55,279 nt of DNA from an uncultured Candidatus Saccharibacteria bacterium (GTDB lineage Bacteria > Patescibacteriota > Doudnabacteria > UBA920), in the NCBI GenBank assembly GCA_964648985.1, contig CAZYMS010000008.1, positions 1 to 55,279 on the forward strand, given 5' to 3'. The translations under genes and the position numbers were made by a program. The stretch's first letter is position 1; each line of letters opens with the position of its first letter. This document shows positions 51,654 to 55,279 of this stretch, in pieces. The notes below the pieces were generated by a model. It saw nothing but the letters and a program-made list of their open reading frames with translations, was not told the origin of the DNA and did not search any database.

Positions 51654-53552
51654 ATGAACAAACAAAATGCCAAACTAAGCAGGTTCAACCCTCAGTACAT
51701 ACCGTCTACGCTTTCGCTGGCTGTGGTTGGTCTCCTAGTGGCAAGTATAGTGGCAACCGGTACTGTACCTACGTTCTCGGGCAAGCCAAAAGCACAGTCT
51801 TCGGCAGCAAGCAGTGTTGTATTGTCTGCAAACCCAAATCCTGTTCAGGTGTGCAGTGGTACTTCTGGTTCTACTACTTTGAATTGGACTTTGGAACCTG
51901 GTAAGTATGAAATTCGTAGGGGTGCCGAAACCGGTCCGGTAGTGGCTACTCCGACAGGGTCCGGTTCTCTGGCGATAACAGCAGTAACAGATGGTACTGA
52001 GTTTTATGTACGTAAAGGTGTTTCCGTTACTAGGTATGAGTGGAAATATAATAGGGTTTCAAAAAAGTGGGAGCGAGTACCAACAGAAACTAACACATGG
52101 GTCACGGTGGGTCAGGTAAAGCTCGCGCTTACGAACGCAGCTTGTAGCGGTCCTGTACCTCCTGCGCCAGCACCTACGCCTACTCAATCGGGGGCGCCTA
52201 TTAGTGGTACATTTGTATACCCCCATGCCCTTTCTACGGGGCAGCTTCAGATCTTGTTTACTGAGCTGAAACAATTCGGCATGGACACAGTAATAATTTC
52301 TCAAACAAAGAGCCGCCGTACTGCGGATTGTAGCAAAAACGAATTTGTGTGGGGCGAGGGCCTCCCTGGAAAACTAGATACGGTGTTTAGCCTTGCAGAG
52401 GCAAGTAACATAAAAGTATATCTTGGACTTATTTCTGCGTGGTGCGAAGCCGCAAATGTTCCCGCTATTACGAGCGCATACGAAGAAACTGTACAATCAC
52501 TCCTTGCAAACTATGGCTCTAGTACTGCGTTTGCCGGATGGTATATACCAGATGAACCATCTCTGGCGTATTGGGAAGATCCAAGTATATGGCACCCCTA
52601 CTGGGCCGCTCTCGCTAATAGCATTAAACAACATTCAACCAAGCCCATTATAGTCTCTCCTATACTCGGTGGTGCGGAGTCGCGAACTCCTGCACAAATT
52701 GGCGCTCGCGCCCTGGCATTTAAACAAGCTACCGGTATAGATATACAAGCATGGCAGGATAGCGAGCAAAGCTATGCTCTGAATCTTAACTGGCAAAAAC
52801 GTGGCACATCTTCTCTTTCTGACTACTTTAACGCGATTGGTTCAGCTATTGGCAAAAATGCATTTTGGTCAGACATAGAAGTAGGGAACTGTTGCGATGG
52901 TTGGGCAGAGAGTCAGGGCGGTGCGTATTATCCGGCAAGTCTTGCTCGTGTACGAAAGCAGATTGAGTCCAGTACCGGAGCAGGTAAAGTCATAAGCTGG
53001 ATCCATCAAACCCAAATGAGTTCGCTCACTGGTCTTTCAAAGTGGGTCGTTGCTCCTGGGGCGCAGCGGCTCGGTACTGCATACCGCGCATGGTATGGCA
53101 TAGGTAATGACGTAGCGTACCTTACTCCTACTCGCTATACATGGCTTACCGAACCTTCGACCAAACATCCCGACAGCGGTAAGCAACTACTTGACGGTAT
53201 TTCTGGCGATCCAAAACGTTTTGACGACCCTTCGTGGGTAGGGCTCGTAGGGAGCGCTTCTGTTGAGTTTTCGTTTGATGTACCAAAATCTATTACCTGG
53301 GTAGGGGTTCACCTGCTCAATATGAATGAGCCCGGCATCAAGTTTCCAGACAAGCTCCGCCTAACCTGCAAGACCACAGGTAACTTCCAAGACATAGGTT
53401 CATGGCCGCTCAGTGTGACGAAACGCGATAGTGAGTACGTACTGAGTAATACGACGCCGCTAAACGCTACATGCAAAGACATGCGAGTGTATCTCGATAG
53501 TTCTGGTGGCTGGACATTCCTCAGCGAAGTAGAAATAGTGGGGAAAAAGTAA
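51654..53552 (+). CDS. anchored extracytoplasmic protein with a glycoside-hydrolase-like TIM-barrel region (DUF4434-like) and a C-terminal discoidin-like domain
   Basis: TM anchor, Pro-rich linker PVPPAPAPTPTQ, the GMDTVIISQ ... GWYIPDEPS pattern, and a beta-rich C-terminal tail. Confidence 0.4.
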   Translation: MNKQNAKLSRFNPQYIPSTLSLAVVGLLVASIVATGTVPTFSGKPKAQSSAASSVVLSANPNPVQVCSGTSGSTTLNWTLEPGKYEIRRGAETGPVVATPTGSGSLAITAVTDGTEFYVRKGVSVTRYEWKYNRVSKKWERVPTETNTWVTVGQVKLALTNAACSGPVPPAPAPTPTQSGAPISGTFVYPHALSTGQLQILFTELKQFGMDTVIISQTKSRRTADCSKNEFVWGEGLPGKLDTVFSLAEASNIKVYLGLISAWCEAANVPAITSAYEETVQSLLANYGSSTAFAGWYIPDEPSLAYWEDPSIWHPYWAALANSIKQHSTKPIIVSPILGGAESRTPAQIGARALAFKQATGIDIQAWQDSEQSYALNLNWQKRGTSSLSDYFNAIGSAIGKNAFWSDIEVGNCCDGWAESQGGAYYPASLARVRKQIESSTGAGKVISWIHQTQMSSLTGLSKWVVAPGAQRLGTAYRAWYGIGNDVAYLTPTRYTWLTEPSTKHPDSGKQLLDGISGDPKRFDDPSWVGLVGSASVEFSFDVPKSITWVGVHLLNMNEPGIKFPDKLRLTCKTTGNFQDIGSWPLSVTKRDSEYVLSNTTPLNATCKDMRVYLDSSGGWTFLSEVEIVGKK

Positions 53553-53566
53553 ATATAGACTCTGAA

Positions 53567-53594
53567 TAAAAAATCGCCGTAAGGCGGTTTTTTA
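53567..53594 (+). terminator. rho-independent terminator
   Basis: AAAATCGCC-GTAA-GGCGGTTTTTT. Confidence 0.75.
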
Positions 53595-53749
53595 AATGCA
53601 TGTAGGGAAGTAGGCTTGCTAAATAGTTATGTTTATGTTACAGCATGTCTCGTAATTTTCCATGCACTTGATGTGTATCAAGTTTCGAATTACTGTACTC
53701 TCTTGTCTATGCAAGGGACGAATATACCTATAATGGCAAGGAGGCCCTT

Positions 53750-54064
53750 ATGTGGGATAGTAGAACTAAGCAGTTTCCACCAGGCGAAATAGACGCCCTG
53801 GAGTTCTTGGATGCTGAGATGTTAGTGGTGCCGCTTAGAGCCTCGGCTCCCGTAGTGATTGTGCGAGCGCTTGCTGAACTCAGACTTCATGAGCTTGCGG
53901 CAGCGCAGCTCGACGAGCGGTTGACTACTCTTTTACTTGACCAAAGTCTGACCGCGCGTTGGAGAGATTTCGACAAAGATCTATTCGTCAATGATGAAGA
54001 CCGGCAGTATGCCCGGGATCTTGAGCAACAACTTCTCGCTCGCTCGCTCCAACCTGTCACCTAA
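53750..54064 (+). CDS. hypothetical protein (104 aa); the ORF looks comparatively GC-rich
   Basis: AGGAGG-type RBS (caaggaggccctt ATG). No motif recognised. Confidence 0.45.
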   Translation: MWDSRTKQFPPGEIDALEFLDAEMLVVPLRASAPVVIVRALAELRLHELAAAQLDERLTTLLLDQSLTARWRDFDKDLFVNDEDRQYARDLEQQLLARSLQPVT

Positions 54065-54084
54065 GTCCTATCCTGAATTTGTCC

Positions 54085-54165
54085 AAGCCTGCGCATAAAG
54101 TATAAAGTATGGTAGAAATAATCTTAATCCATACCGAAACTATTGCGCAGGCTTTTATATTTTAT
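54085..54165 (+). terminator. two-tier hairpin followed by a T-rich tract
   Basis: AAGCCTGCGCA (54085-54095) pairs with TGCGCAGGCTT (54144-54154), with an inner GTATGG/CCATAC stem, then TTATATTTTAT. Confidence 0.5.
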
Positions 54166-54520
54166 AGATTGAAAAACAGCAAATTAAATTCTCAAGGCAT
54201 CCCCTCGGGAATATGATATAGCCCAGGTTTGTTTCGGGCAGTGCTATAGAAACTTTTCAGGTATAACCCCTGATTGTTCGGGTAATATTTTATGCCGGTA
54301 TTCAAACGTTTGTTTAACTTCTGGCAGCACTACCTTCTTTTCACAATCTATAGTAGCTTTGTCAATCCAGTCATGGTGTATAAATCGTTCGCTCCTGTTC
54401 GATAGCTCTATAACATGACTCCTGTTTTTCAACAAGCTCTTGCATATATAACTCTTGCTTTATTATATAAACCTTCTTACTCGATTATAGTAATAATACC
54501 CCAACCACGGAAGGAGTCTT

Positions 54521-55279
54521 TCATTCCAGAGGGGTCCCCTCTGGAAGGTTTTTGCCAATGAGCATTTTCTCAATAAGCGCTTCAAAGCCAATTCCTATCG
54601 CTTTGGCAGCCTTAGGAAGTAAGCTTTCCGAGGTGAGTCCCACCCCGCCAGGAGTGTTGGTTTCTAAAATATAGAGCTTGTTGTTCTGAATAATAAAATC
54701 GGATCGCGAGTAGCTGCCAAGTTGTAGATCCTTATGTATCTTGAGTGCCAGAGCCTGAGACTTTTTTTGTAGTTTAGCTTCTACCGATGGCGCAAATGGA
54801 ATCTCTTGAGACTTGCCAGAGTACTTACTTTTATAGTCAAACCAGCCCGCATTCGGCGGGACAATTTCTATTACGGGGAGCGCTTTGCTATTCAGCACTC
54901 CTACGGTAATTTCAGTTCCTTCTAACAGGGTTTCTACGTAGCAGGGGTAGGGGAGGGCGAGTATTTTCGTAACGCGGGTACTAAGTACATCTTTCTCCGT
55001 GCGCATGAGTATTACTTCGTGTGAAGAACCCCCGTACGTAGCCTTGAGTACGCACGGCAATCCAAATTTTATTATGTCCTGTTTTGTTTTAACCACTTTC
55101 CACGGAGCTGTTAGAATTCCTTTAACATTACAATATTTCTTAAAAAGGATTTTATTAAACGCAACTTTTGCTCCCCTTGGCTCTGAGCCCACATAAGGCT
55201 TCTTGGAAGTTTTGAGAAATTTATAGAGCGTCCCATCTTCTCCTTCCTTGCCGTGCATAACCGGAAAAACTAAATCACA
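54521..55279 (-). CDS. ddl: D-alanine--D-alanine ligase; N-terminal part lies outside the window
   Basis: VFPVMHGKEGEDGTL, ATP-grasp segments, and ILETNTPGG near the C-terminus. The frame stays open to the last base. Confidence 0.85.
   Translation of the reverse strand, partial: CDLVFPVMHGKEGEDGTLYKFLKTSKKPYVGSEPRGAKVAFNKILFKKYCNVKGILTAPWKVVKTKQDIIKFGLPCVLKATYGGSSHEVILMRTEKDVLSTRVTKILALPYPCYVETLLEGTEITVGVLNSKALPVIEIVPPNAGWFDYKSKYSGKSQEIPFAPSVEAKLQKKSQALALKIHKDLQLGSYSRSDFIIQNNKLYILETNTPGGVGLTSESLLPKAAKAIGIGFEALIEKMLIGKNLPEGTPLE

Noticed and set aside
54244-54435. 63-aa minus-strand ORF between the hypothetical gene and ddl.
   Set aside because: It is short, with no RBS or motif. It could be real but there is not enough support to list it as a feature.
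1-55279. Alternative genetic code (UGA recoded), as in some candidate-phyla bacteria.
   Set aside because: Conserved genes such as ftsI (9652-9654) terminate at TGA at the expected length. Motif-rich genes show no in-frame TGA. The standard code explains all the long ORFs.

Overview
This is a 55.3-kb, densely coded chromosomal window from a moderately AT-rich bacterium. The short genes, many small secreted or membrane-anchored hypotheticals, an abbreviated mraZ-rsmH-ftsL-ftsI block, and several Nudix, VOC and DNA-repair enzymes suggest a small-genome uncultivated lineage (CPR/Patescibacteria-like). That placement is inference only. I call about 70 protein genes and one tRNA-Gln(CUG). I found no rRNA, CRISPR array, transposase, integrase or reverse transcriptase. 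The standard genetic code fits, because conserved genes end in TGA and carry no in-frame TGA. Both window edges cut genes: dinB at the 5' end and ddl at the 3' end.

The observations most worth a second look are:
1. At the window centre, tRNA-Gln is followed by a tightly packed HEPN (Rx4H) - RidA/L-PSP - CCA-enzyme-like head-only nucleotidyltransferase - DUF1697 cassette. It is a candidate RNA-targeting conflict or repair module.
2. A 1.65-kb ORF-poor stretch (49.05-50.71 kb) reads on the minus strand as a promoter, then seven small ORFs including four Lys/Arg-rich 20-33 aa peptides (six of the seven are preceded by a Shine-Dalgarno match), then a bidirectional terminator.
3. Two copies of a ~75-bp GTGACAAGT-type hairpin element sit in frame inside mnmA. 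A third copy supplies the stop codon of ftsI.
4. A 40-bp perfect-palindrome family occurs four times between 34.6 and 41.4 kb, with compensatory arm changes.
5. Many intergenic spacers, including every spacer inside the dcw block, are built from a locus-specific short word arrayed against its reverse complement.
6. AGTGG boxes phased at 10 bp lie upstream of mraZ.

All functional calls come from reading motifs by eye. No database search was run.
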